Shown here piece by piece: positions 27,013 to 35,978 of a stretch of 64,000 nucleotides of DNA. This stretch comes from a virus, in the IMG/VR virus record IMGVR_UViG_3300027747_004417; one strand, given 5' to 3'. Both the position numbers and the translations under genes were made by a program. The notes beneath the pieces were generated by a model. It made no database searches. It saw nothing but the letters and a program-made list of their open reading frames with translations, and had not been told where the DNA came from. The first letter of the stretch is position 1. Each line of letters opens with the position of its first letter.

Positions 27013-27474
27013 ATGAATAAGAATGAAATCATTGACATATTGAATAATGACCTTAAGAATGAGTGGAAACACTTAAGATTCTACCTGTACCATGCTAGTG
27101 CAGTCACAGGTCCATTAATTGAAGAATATAAAGAATTATTTTTAAAAGAGGCCTCGGGTGAAATGAACCATGTTACAGAGTTCTCAGATCTTATCATAGG
27201 CTTAGGCGGCACAGCCACAGATGAGTCTAATGAATTTGAAAAGTTCACAGATCCTTTTGATATAATAAGTTACGCCTTAAAAATGGAGGAAGAGGTCGTC
27301 TCCAATTATGTGCAAAGAATGCAGGATGCAAGTTTGTTGGGCGGCGTGGATGGACAATGGCTAGAAATTTTTATGGAAAATCAAATCCAAAAGAGTAGAC
27401 AGGATGTTGACCATTATCGTCAAATGCTAAAGTCTTGGGGTTGCCGCAAACAAAACTCGTGCGAGGCTAACTAG
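27013..27474 (+). CDS. ferritin-like (bacterioferritin/Dps-type) di-iron protein
   Basis: LNNDLKNEW..LRFY, EASGEMNHV (ExxH), LKMEEE, second helix pair ending in DVDH. Confidence 0.8.
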   Translation: MNKNEIIDILNNDLKNEWKHLRFYLYHASAVTGPLIEEYKELFLKEASGEMNHVTEFSDLIIGLGGTATDESNEFEKFTDPFDIISYALKMEEEVVSNYVQRMQDASLLGGVDGQWLEIFMENQIQKSRQDVDHYRQMLKSWGCRKQNSCEAN

Positions 27475-27476
27475 TA

Positions 27477-28028
27477 ATGCCTACAGAAAATGAGAGAAAA
27501 TACATTTTAGATATTGGTTGCGTCGAAGAGGTGAAAAACACTTCTTTCGATAGATACGAAATATCTCAAGGGTATCTCATAGCCACAAGAGGCATAACTG
27601 TACGCATTAGAAGGTTTACCAAATCGAGTGGAAAAGTAAATTATTTTTTTACTTTAAAAGTCACCACATCGGGTAGAACCATAGAAATAGAAAAGAGTAT
27701 AGATGAAAGAGATTTTAATGATTTATGGAATATTGCTTTGAATAAGCTGGAGAAGACCAGATATCTTTTAAAGGACGATAATGTTTGGGAAGTAGACTTT
27801 TTTAAAGATTATAAGGACCAAGTTTATATCTGTGTTGCAGAGGTCGAGCTTCCAGAAGATCAATACGAACCTCATTCAATTCCTTCCCTAATACAAAAAA
27901 GATTATTATATACAGTCCCCTTGACTGACACTAGGTTTTCTAATAAACTATTGGGAGACGCTAGGTACGCTTCACAATTACTCAAAGAAATACGAAAGGG
28001 GTTAAAAAATGAAGTACAATTTAGTTGA
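27477..28028 (+). CDS. CYTH / triphosphate tunnel metalloenzyme
   Basis: ENERKY (ExExK), ISQGYL, VRIRR, TLK, IEIEK, KTRY, WEVDFF, VAEVEL. Confidence 0.9.
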   Translation: MPTENERKYILDIGCVEEVKNTSFDRYEISQGYLIATRGITVRIRRFTKSSGKVNYFFTLKVTTSGRTIEIEKSIDERDFNDLWNIALNKLEKTRYLLKDDNVWEVDFFKDYKDQVYICVAEVELPEDQYEPHSIPSLIQKRLLYTVPLTDTRFSNKLLGDARYASQLLKEIRKGLKNEVQFS

Positions 28029-28308
28029 TAATGTTCCTGTTGCTCGTTTTTGGTATAAAGGCAATCATACCCATCCGGTAAGACGTACTGTTCTAGTAAT
28101 AGAGTCTAACAAGGATTTCATTAGAGGCTATGAGTTACGAGATGGTAACATGGTAAGAGTGGCCTCTAAGGCTCCGATTAAAACCTATAATCGCAGCAAA
28201 ATTGCCAAGGGTATGAATCTAAGAAGCTCTTCAAAGAGAGGTATTGTCTCTAACAAAAGCACCTTGGTGAGAAGACCTCTTATGGATCTTATCGAGTCTG
28301 GTGTTTGA
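28009..28308 (+). CDS. hypothetical protein (WYL/SH3-like possible)
   Basis: FWYKG...RRTVLVI...IRGY..R...IKTYNRSKI. Confidence 0.6.
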   Translation: MKYNLVDNVPVARFWYKGNHTHPVRRTVLVIESNKDFIRGYELRDGNMVRVASKAPIKTYNRSKIAKGMNLRSSSKRGIVSNKSTLVRRPLMDLIESGV

Positions 28309-28328
28309 TTATTTAATTATATAATTTT

Positions 28329-28374
28329 AATTAATGCCCGCTCTATCTCAAAGGTAGGGTGGGCATTAATTTTT
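28329..28374. terminator. intrinsic terminator hairpin between convergent genes
   Basis: AATTAATGCCCGCTCTATCT-CAA-AGGTAGGGTGGGCATTAATT followed by T run. Confidence 0.75.
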
Positions 28375-28390
28375 AATATACTGACTATTG

Positions 28391-29143
28391 TTAAGGTGCG
28401 TTTTGATTGACAAATCCAAAACAAACCGTGCAATAGAATTCACTACGGGTATAGTTAAAAGAAACGCTACTTACTATTCCATCTATTCTAATTATATTAA
28501 ACCCTTCTGTCCCCGTAAATTGGCTATATTGGGTGGCATTTACCGGATTTTGATATGTGGTAGCCGTACTCCAAATCGGAGTAAAAGGTGCTGACACTTG
28601 AACTGGAACAGAAAGACTTGGATTGCCCACACTAGCAAATGCGACCAAAGCATCCTTGACAGGCTGGTTAAAAGTTGCAGTAAATGTACCGGCTTGAGTA
28701 TTTACAATTTGAGTCCCATTACCAGGTACTCCATATGTTTCAGGGAAAGTTGGATACCCATACATGCCATTAATACTACTCATACCACCACCAGTTTGAA
28801 CAATTGAAATCGTAATGCCATTTTGCCCGACGCCAGACGCTGTGCTTGATGTGACAGAGTTGATCGTCATCCATTGGTACCCAGAAGAGCCAAAAAATGG
28901 TGTGGGAGTTGGTGTAGGTGTATGTGTAGGTGTAGGCGTAGCTGTCGCCGTAGGTGTAGGCGTAGCTGTCGCCGTTGGTGTAGGCGTAGGAGTTGGTGTA
29001 GGATTGTTCTTATTAATAAAAGGAATATTTTCGGGGATTTTATATAAAATCTTATTCCATAGTCTTATTGATAAAGAAGAGTTTTTCCTTTCACCAAATT
29101 TATTGCTTAAATTATTATGTCCGTGAGATTTCATTGGATTCAT
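28391..29143 (-). CDS. Pro/Thr-repeat (mucin-like linker) protein with C-terminal beta domain
   Basis: PTPTPTPTATATPTPTATATPTPTHTPTPTPTP followed by a Ser/Thr/Gly-rich domain. Confidence 0.75.
   Translation of the reverse strand: MNPMKSHGHNNLSNKFGERKNSSLSIRLWNKILYKIPENIPFINKNNPTPTPTPTPTATATPTPTATATPTPTHTPTPTPTPFFGSSGYQWMTINSVTSSTASGVGQNGITISIVQTGGGMSSINGMYGYPTFPETYGVPGNGTQIVNTQAGTFTATFNQPVKDALVAFASVGNPSLSVPVQVSAPFTPIWSTATTYQNPVNATQYSQFTGTEGFNIIRIDGIVSSVSFNYTRSEFYCTVCFGFVNQNAP
28899..29002 (-). repeat. PT/AT dipeptide repeat with exact 24-nt tandem duplication
   Basis: GTAGGTGTAGGCGTAGCTGTCGCC at 28926-28949 and 28950-28973. Confidence 0.9.
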
Positions 29144-29146
29144 AAC

Positions 29147-29968
29147 CTAAGCTGGGGGATTAATCAAATCTAAAGTAGTCAATACATAAGGAATCTCTGT
29201 AACTTCTGATGGGTTTGAATTAGTTCCTGTAAATTCATAATTTATTTTTCTTGCAAAATCTCCAGCAACAGCACCAGCAGGATATTCTATAATCTGAGTA
29301 ATTCTATCGGAAGCATCTACAGTTATTTTTTGGAATGTGAAAAGACCTGATCCTCTTCCCCTGAGTAGTTCCCAGTCGGCTTTCATAGCTGATGGGTCAA
29401 ATCCTGCGTTTTCTATGACTGCTTGATCAACTGGATCGGTCTCATCAAGCTTAATCAAATGTCCTACTGAATCTACAAAGTTATTGACATTCTCTATTGT
29501 GTGTCTTTCAAAATAATTTGGTATCTCTGCTACTCCGGCCTTTTTGTTAAAGCCTAGTGCTGTTTCTGCCCCAGAGTTACTAAAGTAAAACTTTAAGTTT
29601 CTAGGAGTTTTTCTTGATATTAGAACAGACTCTCCACCGGTCACTGGAGATACGCTTGCTAAGAACATTGAGGAAAATACAGGATCGTTATTAAGGGCTG
29701 ATACAACTTCTAATGCGGTTGTAGCACTTACTGTTGTACCGCTAACGTCTATTGATACTTTAGACCACTGTTTGAATTCTATGTCCCAAGAAAAATTGAA
29801 GTCCAATAAACTTCCTGAAGAAAAGTCATAAGGTGAGCTATTCCATGCTATCTGCTTTGACTGGAAGTTCTGATTAGATGGTACCTGGAACGTTGGCGAA
29901 AGCTTTCTATCGCTAAGTACTAGATATCCCTGGTATTCTTGGTCGAATAAATTTTGAAAAAATCCCAT
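29147..29968 (-). CDS. hypothetical protein, probably structural
   Basis: 273-aa ORF co-oriented with PT protein. Confidence 0.7.
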   Translation of the reverse strand: MGFFQNLFDQEYQGYLVLSDRKLSPTFQVPSNQNFQSKQIAWNSSPYDFSSGSLLDFNFSWDIEFKQWSKVSIDVSGTTVSATTALEVVSALNNDPVFSSMFLASVSPVTGGESVLISRKTPRNLKFYFSNSGAETALGFNKKAGVAEIPNYFERHTIENVNNFVDSVGHLIKLDETDPVDQAVIENAGFDPSAMKADWELLRGRGSGLFTFQKITVDASDRITQIIEYPAGAVAGDFARKINYEFTGTNSNPSEVTEIPYVLTTLDLINPPA

Positions 29969-30029
29969 TTTGCCTCTATCTAAAGTGTTTGTTTTATATA
30001 GAGAACGTTATTACTAAAATTTATTAGTA

Positions 30030-30497
30030 CTATTTTGACAAAAAAAGCAGGTAAACTAAGGCTAGGACTTGTGCCGCTATCACAACAGTTAGCAAAATAT
30101 TCTTCAAGTCTGGGCCGTTCTTCTTCTCTTCTGTGCAAGACTCTACGAGTGGCGTCTTTAGTTTAAGCCTTTTAAGAGAACATGGCGTTAAAGTATCCTC
30201 GTTTAGGACAACAGGACGACCTTCGATTTCTTTTGCTTCACCGGTATTGCAGTCAAATTCTTCTACTTTTGAGTCTATAACCCGACCAGTCTCTTGATCT
30301 ATGGTTTCTGTTACTCTTTCATATACGTAAGATCTTGTTTTCTCTATTATTCTTTTTGATGTCTTTAAAGGTCTGACTTCTTCTGCCCTTATTTCGATAA
30401 TTTTCTGTGACTCTTTGTCGCTAACTTTATTTTCCGTTACTATTTTTTCTGCTTTTCTTCCGTCCTCTAAAACAAATTTTTCGTTATTCTCAGACAT
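30030..30497 (-). CDS. hypothetical protein with C-terminal TM anchor
   Basis: ILLTVVIAAQVLALVYLLFL at C-terminus; GAGG RBS. Confidence 0.7.
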   Translation of the reverse strand: MSENNEKFVLEDGRKAEKIVTENKVSDKESQKIIEIRAEEVRPLKTSKRIIEKTRSYVYERVTETIDQETGRVIDSKVEEFDCNTGEAKEIEGRPVVLNEDTLTPCSLKRLKLKTPLVESCTEEKKNGPDLKNILLTVVIAAQVLALVYLLFLSK

Positions 30498-30509
30498 TTT
30501 TACCTCTTT

Positions 30510-30848
30510 TTAAAAATTTTCTGTGACCTTCATCTCTATAATATAGTCGCCAAGCAAATTTTCTGCCTCTGCCTTTGCCATCTTTTTAGCCTCCTCTAAC
30601 GACTCTGCTTCTATTGTTTTTAACGTTTTGTACTCTATCCCAAGCCCTCTATTGTACCTAACTATAGTCTTCCAATCCTTGTTTTTCATGCATTTTCTTA
30701 TAAACTCAACCGATTCTTCTAAACTATCAAAATAGTTTTTATTAATATGTTTTTTGTTTAATTTAGTTGGTATTTTTTCTACCAAAAATCTGTTTTGTTC
30801 CATATAGACTAAGAAGCCATTTTCTACTAAATCCTTTAATTCAATCAT
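30510..30848 (-). CDS. hypothetical protein
   Basis: 112 aa, coupled to upstream gene. Confidence 0.65.
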   Translation of the reverse strand: MIELKDLVENGFLVYMEQNRFLVEKIPTKLNKKHINKNYFDSLEESVEFIRKCMKNKDWKTIVRYNRGLGIEYKTLKTIEAESLEEAKKMAKAEAENLLGDYIIEMKVTENF

Positions 30849-30851
30849 TGG

Positions 30852-31367
30852 CTAAAAACCCCATTTTTTCTTAAGCTGGTCTAGTATGCTTGCTTTTTCT
30901 TGTTCCTTCCTTTTTTCAAGCTCTTTCTTTCTTTCTGCTGATTCTCTTCTATGCATCTTTTTTGTCGCCTCATATAAGGAATTTATGCTATCTTCCCAAA
31001 GTTCATTTGGGACATAACTTTCAAGTTCTCCTGATATTTCTTTATATACAATTTGTCCTTCATGCCTTACTGTTATTTCTCTTAAATGATGTATTAGTGT
31101 AATCGATAGGTTTATTCCCCTAGATAAAGCGTCAAACTGCCACCCTATTTCATAAGTTGCTTCTCCTTCATCCATTGTTCTTATTTCATCATTTTCTTCT
31201 TGAAATATGTCCTGATACTCTGTTGAGTCAACGTATAGGCCGCCTTGTTTTATAATTGGCGACCCAAGCTTTTTTGTTATTTGACAAAATTTACCTGCTA
31301 GTCCCATGTAGCCGTTTCTCATTGCTTCTATGGTTCTAGCTTCTTTTATACTTTGTTCGTAATTCAT
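30852..31367 (-). CDS. hypothetical protein
   Basis: 171-aa ORF. Confidence 0.7.
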   Translation of the reverse strand: MNYEQSIKEARTIEAMRNGYMGLAGKFCQITKKLGSPIIKQGGLYVDSTEYQDIFQEENDEIRTMDEGEATYEIGWQFDALSRGINLSITLIHHLREITVRHEGQIVYKEISGELESYVPNELWEDSINSLYEATKKMHRRESAERKKELEKRKEQEKASILDQLKKKWGF

Positions 31368-31424
31368 TTTGTTGTATGTTTCACATATATATTTTTAGGG
31401 GATACATAACAAAAGGAGTTGTTA

Positions 31425-33161
31425 ATGAAAAAGTTCTTTTCTTTATTTAATTTTATAATAAAGCCTTTTAGATTTCAAGTTCAAGATAACTTTGAGCTGC
31501 CTACTATTTTGTCATTGAGCAACGGCTCAGACAAAACTAAATTTTATTTTAACGATCCTTCTACCCCTTATTTAGTAGGCGAGCAGCCACCTCCTAAAAG
31601 CACTGCTTTCCCCATGAACGTAAAAGACGACAAAGGACCAGGGTATCCTTTGGGAAGTGTAGAGCAGCAAGCTAGTGCGTGCAAACTAGTAATAAATAGT
31701 CTTTTGTCTTATTTGTTGGTTTTGTACAAGCTAACTAGTGTAGAAAACAAATTATCAAATTGGGCCTCTAAAAAGACCCTAAACATTCTTCCAAGAGCTG
31801 GAGTTGACTTAAACGCATACTACGACAGAGGCTCTTTGAGGTTCTTTTATTTCAAAGCTCCTAAGAAGGTAGTTTACGCGTGCGATGCCACTCCTGTTGT
31901 TTGCCATGAGTTTGGCCACGCATTTCTTGACGCGATGAGACCAGATTTTTGGTCTGCGCAGGCTTTGGAGATTTGGGCTTTCCATGAATCTTTTGGAGAC
32001 ATAGCATCAATAATATTTTCATTAAATAATGACGAAATGATCAATTCCGCCATTAAGGAAACGAACGGCAACATGCTAAAGTCTAACGTTATAACGAGAA
32101 TAGGTGTTGAGATGGGCCAAACCTACTACGATATGCTTAAAGACAAAAATGGTGCTTTAAAAAGCTGCCTCAGAGACGCATCAGTTGTCTACAAGTATAC
32201 CAAACCAGAAAGTCTACCCAAAGAAGGTAGAGATGATACGTTGCTTTATGAGTCACACAACTTTAGCAGGGTTTTTACTGGTGCGTTTTATGAACTAGTG
32301 ATCAGAGTCGCAAACAAGGCTTTGACTGACGGCGTCTGCAAGGATCTCCCACAATCCATTAAGTTCTCCAGAGACATTTGCACTAGGTACCTTTTAAAGG
32401 CAACCTCTTCTGTTCCCCTAACCTCAAAATTATTTGAGGCCTTAGCAAAACACATGCTTTTGGTTGACAAAAATGAAGGCTCAAAGTATCAGGAAGTAAT
32501 GAGGAAAGTGTTCTTAGAAAGAAATATAATTAGCAACAATGTGCTTATGCTTGGCGATCAAAGCATATCAGACGTTAAGAGAACCTTAAAGGGAGCTTAC
32601 ACCCTAGAGAACTTCAGCTCAGAAAAGGTCATTAGAACTTTATCCAGCACAACAATTAGGATAATAGATAAGAGAGTTTTAGGCCTGAAAAACAACTACT
32701 TGTACGGACTCCAAATAGAGGTTCCAAATGAAACCGTCTACTATTTTGACAATAATGATAAGCTGGTCGATGTAATCAGCTCGTCTGAAGACGATATTGT
32801 AGACTCTGCCATGGACTGTCTTGATTACCTAGACAAGAATAAGCTAATTGGATCTTTTTCTGGAGCACTTTTTGAGGTTAAAAGAGGGAAGTTAGCCAGA
32901 AAGCAAATAGCTTGTAAGTGTGGCTTGCCCAATTATTGTGATCCAAATGCTCCCGAGTTTAACAAGCCATGGAAGCCTGCGAATCACTCTAGCTGCTGCA
33001 AATGTACAGGTCCTAACTGCAAACCTAGATCTTGTGATTGCTCCGAAACGGGTACAAACAAGATTGTTAAGAAGTCCTACTGCTCCTCTCTTTTAAGCTC
33101 TTGCTCCAAAGCCAGGCACACTGTAGGACAATTTATAAGCAGAAGAGTTTGTTCTAATTAA
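31425..33161 (+). CDS. thermolysin/fungalysin-like (M4/M36) metallopeptidase with Cys-rich C-terminus
   Basis: NAYYD, VCHEFGHA, AFHESFGD, H..SRVFTGAFY; AAGGAG RBS before ATG 31425. Confidence 0.82.
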   Translation: MKKFFSLFNFIIKPFRFQVQDNFELPTILSLSNGSDKTKFYFNDPSTPYLVGEQPPPKSTAFPMNVKDDKGPGYPLGSVEQQASACKLVINSLLSYLLVLYKLTSVENKLSNWASKKTLNILPRAGVDLNAYYDRGSLRFFYFKAPKKVVYACDATPVVCHEFGHAFLDAMRPDFWSAQALEIWAFHESFGDIASIIFSLNNDEMINSAIKETNGNMLKSNVITRIGVEMGQTYYDMLKDKNGALKSCLRDASVVYKYTKPESLPKEGRDDTLLYESHNFSRVFTGAFYELVIRVANKALTDGVCKDLPQSIKFSRDICTRYLLKATSSVPLTSKLFEALAKHMLLVDKNEGSKYQEVMRKVFLERNIISNNVLMLGDQSISDVKRTLKGAYTLENFSSEKVIRTLSSTTIRIIDKRVLGLKNNYLYGLQIEVPNETVYYFDNNDKLVDVISSSEDDIVDSAMDCLDYLDKNKLIGSFSGALFEVKRGKLARKQIACKCGLPNYCDPNAPEFNKPWKPANHSSCCKCTGPNCKPRSCDCSETGTNKIVKKSYCSSLLSSCSKARHTVGQFISRRVCSN

Positions 33162-33549
33162 TTGCTTTTCCTTCTTTGTTATACTCAATAGAGTTTATTT
33201 TTAGATCTATTGAGTATAACAAATCTTCTGCTGCATCCTTGTTTTTTAGGATTCCTGCTCTAACAGCAACTTCTATTTTGTTCGTTTCCGTCTCGTTCAA
33301 TGTCACTCTAATCCTTTTCCCCTCAACCCAGGCAGATTTTCCTTCTATTCCTTCATCGACTACGGCTCCTTCTTTTTCCTTTACCGCTTCACTCGCCTTC
33401 TCAAACACCCTTACTAAGCTTTCTTGATAAATCCTAGTCGCCTTAGTTTGGCTAGGTAGAGCCCCTTCTTGCTCTTGCACTTCTTTGAATGGCGAAACCG
33501 TACACCCTAAAAACGGTAAAAAAAATAGTATTGGCAAAAATTTTTTCAT
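33154..33549 (-). CDS. lipoprotein, DUF3568-like
   Basis: Lipobox FLPFLG|C; ...IEVAVRAGILKNKDAAEDLL. Confidence 0.6.
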   Translation of the reverse strand: MKKFLPILFFLPFLGCTVSPFKEVQEQEGALPSQTKATRIYQESLVRVFEKASEAVKEKEGAVVDEGIEGKSAWVEGKRIRVTLNETETNKIEVAVRAGILKNKDAAEDLLYSIDLKINSIEYNKEGKAIN

Positions 33550-33601
33550 AAAAGCTCCTATAATTAAGTGTCAGGGTTAACTTCATCTTAAGGGAGAAAA
33601 C

Positions 33602-34090
33602 ATGTTGATTTATTTAAGTTTGACAGAAAAAGAAAATTTACTCACCCCCCAGTACAGCCATGACTTTATTTTAGGTCAAAGGTACGACGATTATGAAGAT
33701 GATCGCGAGGATGACTACGAAGATGAAGAAGACGAAGACGATGAATACGAAGACGAGCTTCCTGATTATAAAAAATATGGATACGACAAAGATGATGACG
33801 AAGATGACGAAGATGACGACGATGGTGACGATGACGACGATGATGACGATGATGACGATGATGACGATGATGATTATTATGATGATGAAGACGATGATGA
33901 AGATGACAATGACTACTACGAAGACGAAGACGATGACGATGATGATGAAGACGATGATGAAGACGATGATGATGAAGACGATGATGATGAAGACGATGAA
34001 GACGACTATTACGAAGACGAGTATGATGATGATGAAGAGGAAGACGAAGACGAAGATGACGATTATGAATTTGACGATAATGAAAGTTGA
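33602..34090 (+). CDS. extremely acidic Asp/Glu-rich protein
   Basis: AGGGAG RBS; residues about 29-162 almost entirely D/E punctuated by Tyr. Confidence 0.7.
   Translation: MLIYLSLTEKENLLTPQYSHDFILGQRYDDYEDDREDDYEDEEDEDDEYEDELPDYKKYGYDKDDDEDDEDDDDGDDDDDDDDDDDDDDDDYYDDEDDDEDDNDYYEDEDDDDDDEDDDEDDDDEDDDDEDDEDDYYEDEYDDDEEEDEDEDDDYEFDDNES
33686..34080 (+). repeat. GAT/GAC/GAA trinucleotide low-complexity tract
   Basis: Encodes poly-Asp/Glu; explains the two shadow ORFs. Confidence 0.9.
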
Positions 34091-34187
34091 TTTGGTGAAA
34101 TAAACCAAATACATTGAGCTAAAACACTATATAATATAGACAAATATACACGTACAGGATGTATGTGTTTTGTGAACAAGGAGGTTC

Positions 34188-34820
34188 ATGAGATCTTTAT
34201 TAGTATTGTTTCTTTTGGGGGCTTGGTGTTTACCTCAGGCTCTCCCCGAGAGCATCAATCAAACAGCGTACTTTGAAGAAGATGGGACCATGGTCCCCGT
34301 GCCCATAGAGGACAGAGTCTTCAATGAAACAGGCATACAATGTGTATGGGCTTCAATTGAATGCCTAGGAAGGTATGCCAATGAGCCCAAGCTAATTGGC
34401 ATTACAAACCACCCTGACTGCAAGAGCTATGCAAGCCCTTCGTCTTTGGCTTCTAAGCTAAAAAAGCTCAATGTCAAATTTGAACAGACGACAAGCAGAT
34501 CCGATAAAAGTCTTATAATAAAATCTGTTGTTAAGGACAGAAGAGGCTGTTTATTTGCGATACCAGGTCATGCAATGACTTTAGTTCATTACGACGAGCA
34601 AGAAGGAATAGTCAAATATATAAACAACAGTGATAGGTCTTTAAAGATTAGGACTTGGACTATGAAAGAGTTCAATCAAAGATGGGACGGTTGGATATGT
34701 GTTATATACCCTGATGTGGACCTAGTGTATAAAAAATATACTCATCTTTATCCGATACCAATTATTGATAGAAGTGCCCCACAAGGCACTTATGAAAGAC
34801 AATATATTTTAATGCCTTAA
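34188..34820 (+). CDS. secreted papain-like cysteine peptidase (C39-like)
   Basis: Signal peptide; Q-C in GIQCVWASIE, GHAM, YINNS; AAGGAGG RBS. Confidence 0.75.
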   Translation: MRSLLVLFLLGAWCLPQALPESINQTAYFEEDGTMVPVPIEDRVFNETGIQCVWASIECLGRYANEPKLIGITNHPDCKSYASPSSLASKLKKLNVKFEQTTSRSDKSLIIKSVVKDRRGCLFAIPGHAMTLVHYDEQEGIVKYINNSDRSLKIRTWTMKEFNQRWDGWICVIYPDVDLVYKKYTHLYPIPIIDRSAPQGTYERQYILMP

Positions 34821-35011
34821 TTTCTTTTCTTGTTTTTTCTATTCTTTTTTGTTATGGGCAGATCATCACCGTAGGTTGGAAACGCCCCAGGTTTTTCTAA
34901 CTTACGGCTTAATATTTCTCCGCCGTCACCTTCTTCTTCTGCTGCTGAAGGGCAACCTGCCGATCCTCCAAAATTCTCAAATTTTTTCAACCATTCAATA
35001 AAGGATTTCAT
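34817..35011 (-). CDS. small protein with capsid-targeting-like N-terminus
   Basis: MKSFIEWLKKFE. Confidence 0.65.
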   Translation of the reverse strand: MKSFIEWLKKFENFGGSAGCPSAAEEEGDGGEILSRKLEKPGAFPTYGDDLPITKKNRKNKKRN

Positions 35012-35061
35012 TATAAATGTATATATAATGTATCAAGACTTTATTTGAGTCAAGGAGGAAT

Positions 35062-35316
35062 ATGAAGGAATTGATTTGCAATAAGATAGAAATATTATTT
35101 ATGTTGCTTAGCTCTGTGCTTGCTTTCTTTGTTGCACAGACATCTTTTACACACAATAAGGTTAAAACTGTGGCTCCATTTTACATGGAGTTTAGAAATG
35201 ATTACTCAGGCGATTCAGACCCAGACAATAACTTATCCGGAAACTCAGGCATATCCCAGGACTATTACACAAAACAAGTTCTTCAATTTCTAAAGAGCAA
35301 AGATTCTTCTGAGTGA
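35062..35316 (+). CDS. small membrane protein
   Basis: One TM (ILFMLLSSVLAFFVA); AAGGAGG RBS. Confidence 0.65.
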   Translation: MKELICNKIEILFMLLSSVLAFFVAQTSFTHNKVKTVAPFYMEFRNDYSGDSDPDNNLSGNSGISQDYYTKQVLQFLKSKDSSE

Positions 35317-35906
35317 TCCGAGCACGATTCCTTTAACAAGTAATGGTATCTCTCGTAACACCTTTCTCCCTCTTCCAAGTATTCTTTTGGGATGGTATCG
35401 CGTTTAAAACCTTTTTTAAATACGTCGAACTGATTTTCTTTCATATCAATAACTAATCCGGTTAACTTCTCTATTGACTTTATCATAAACTCTTTTGATG
35501 AATTAAAGTTCAAGAAAACTGACTTTTTAGCAACCTTTGATATTTGATAAATTCTATTTAGTCTGTATTGGTAATGTCTTAAGGCAAATATAGGCTGGAG
35601 CTTTTTGAAATGAAATATAGATTCTAGAGTTTCTTTTGGTTCTCTTACAAAATTAATTACTATAAACTTTGAATAGTCAATTTTTGTTGATAAAAGGTGG
35701 CTAAACTCAACCGTCTCAGCATAAAATGACTTTTTTGAACTAGATTTATGCTTTATTTTTGATGTTACGTACAAATCCATATTGCTGCTATAGGACCTTT
35801 CACCCAAGTGCTTGCATCCTTGGATGTGCGGATTACTCGCTAGAGACCAGTAAAGTCCATCCCCGCCAGAAAACATGTGTGTGTTTATTAGTAGTATTTT
35901 TTTCAT
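35283..35906 (-). CDS. sulfotransferase-fold (P-loop) protein
   Basis: ILLINTHMFSGGDGLYWSLASNPHI (degenerate 5'-PSB loop) and VINFVREPKETLESI (3'-PB-like R.P...S). Confidence 0.55.
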   Translation of the reverse strand: MKKILLINTHMFSGGDGLYWSLASNPHIQGCKHLGERSYSSNMDLYVTSKIKHKSSSKKSFYAETVEFSHLLSTKIDYSKFIVINFVREPKETLESIFHFKKLQPIFALRHYQYRLNRIYQISKVAKKSVFLNFNSSKEFMIKSIEKLTGLVIDMKENQFDVFKKGFKRDTIPKEYLEEGERCYERYHYLLKESCSDHSEESLLFRN

Positions 35907-35932
35907 TGTACAAAAATTGTGCTAATCTTCTA

Positions 35933-35945
35933 CTATAAATATAGA
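35933..35945 (+). promoter_or_regulatory. candidate late promoter (T4-like TATAAATA)
   Basis: CTATAAATATAG about 35 nt upstream of the portal ATG. Confidence 0.55.
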
Positions 35946-35978
35946 ATATTGTGTTCTAAAAGGAAAAGGTAGCTATAA

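Noticed and set aside
28815-29126. VGVGVA-repeat plus-strand ORF
   Set aside because: Antisense reading of the PT repeat
33671-34114. Ile/Val-rich (minus strand) and Met/Thr-rich (33693..34103) ORFs
   Set aside because: Shadow frames of the GAT/GAC repeat; only the acidic frame has an RBS and a non-repetitive N-terminus
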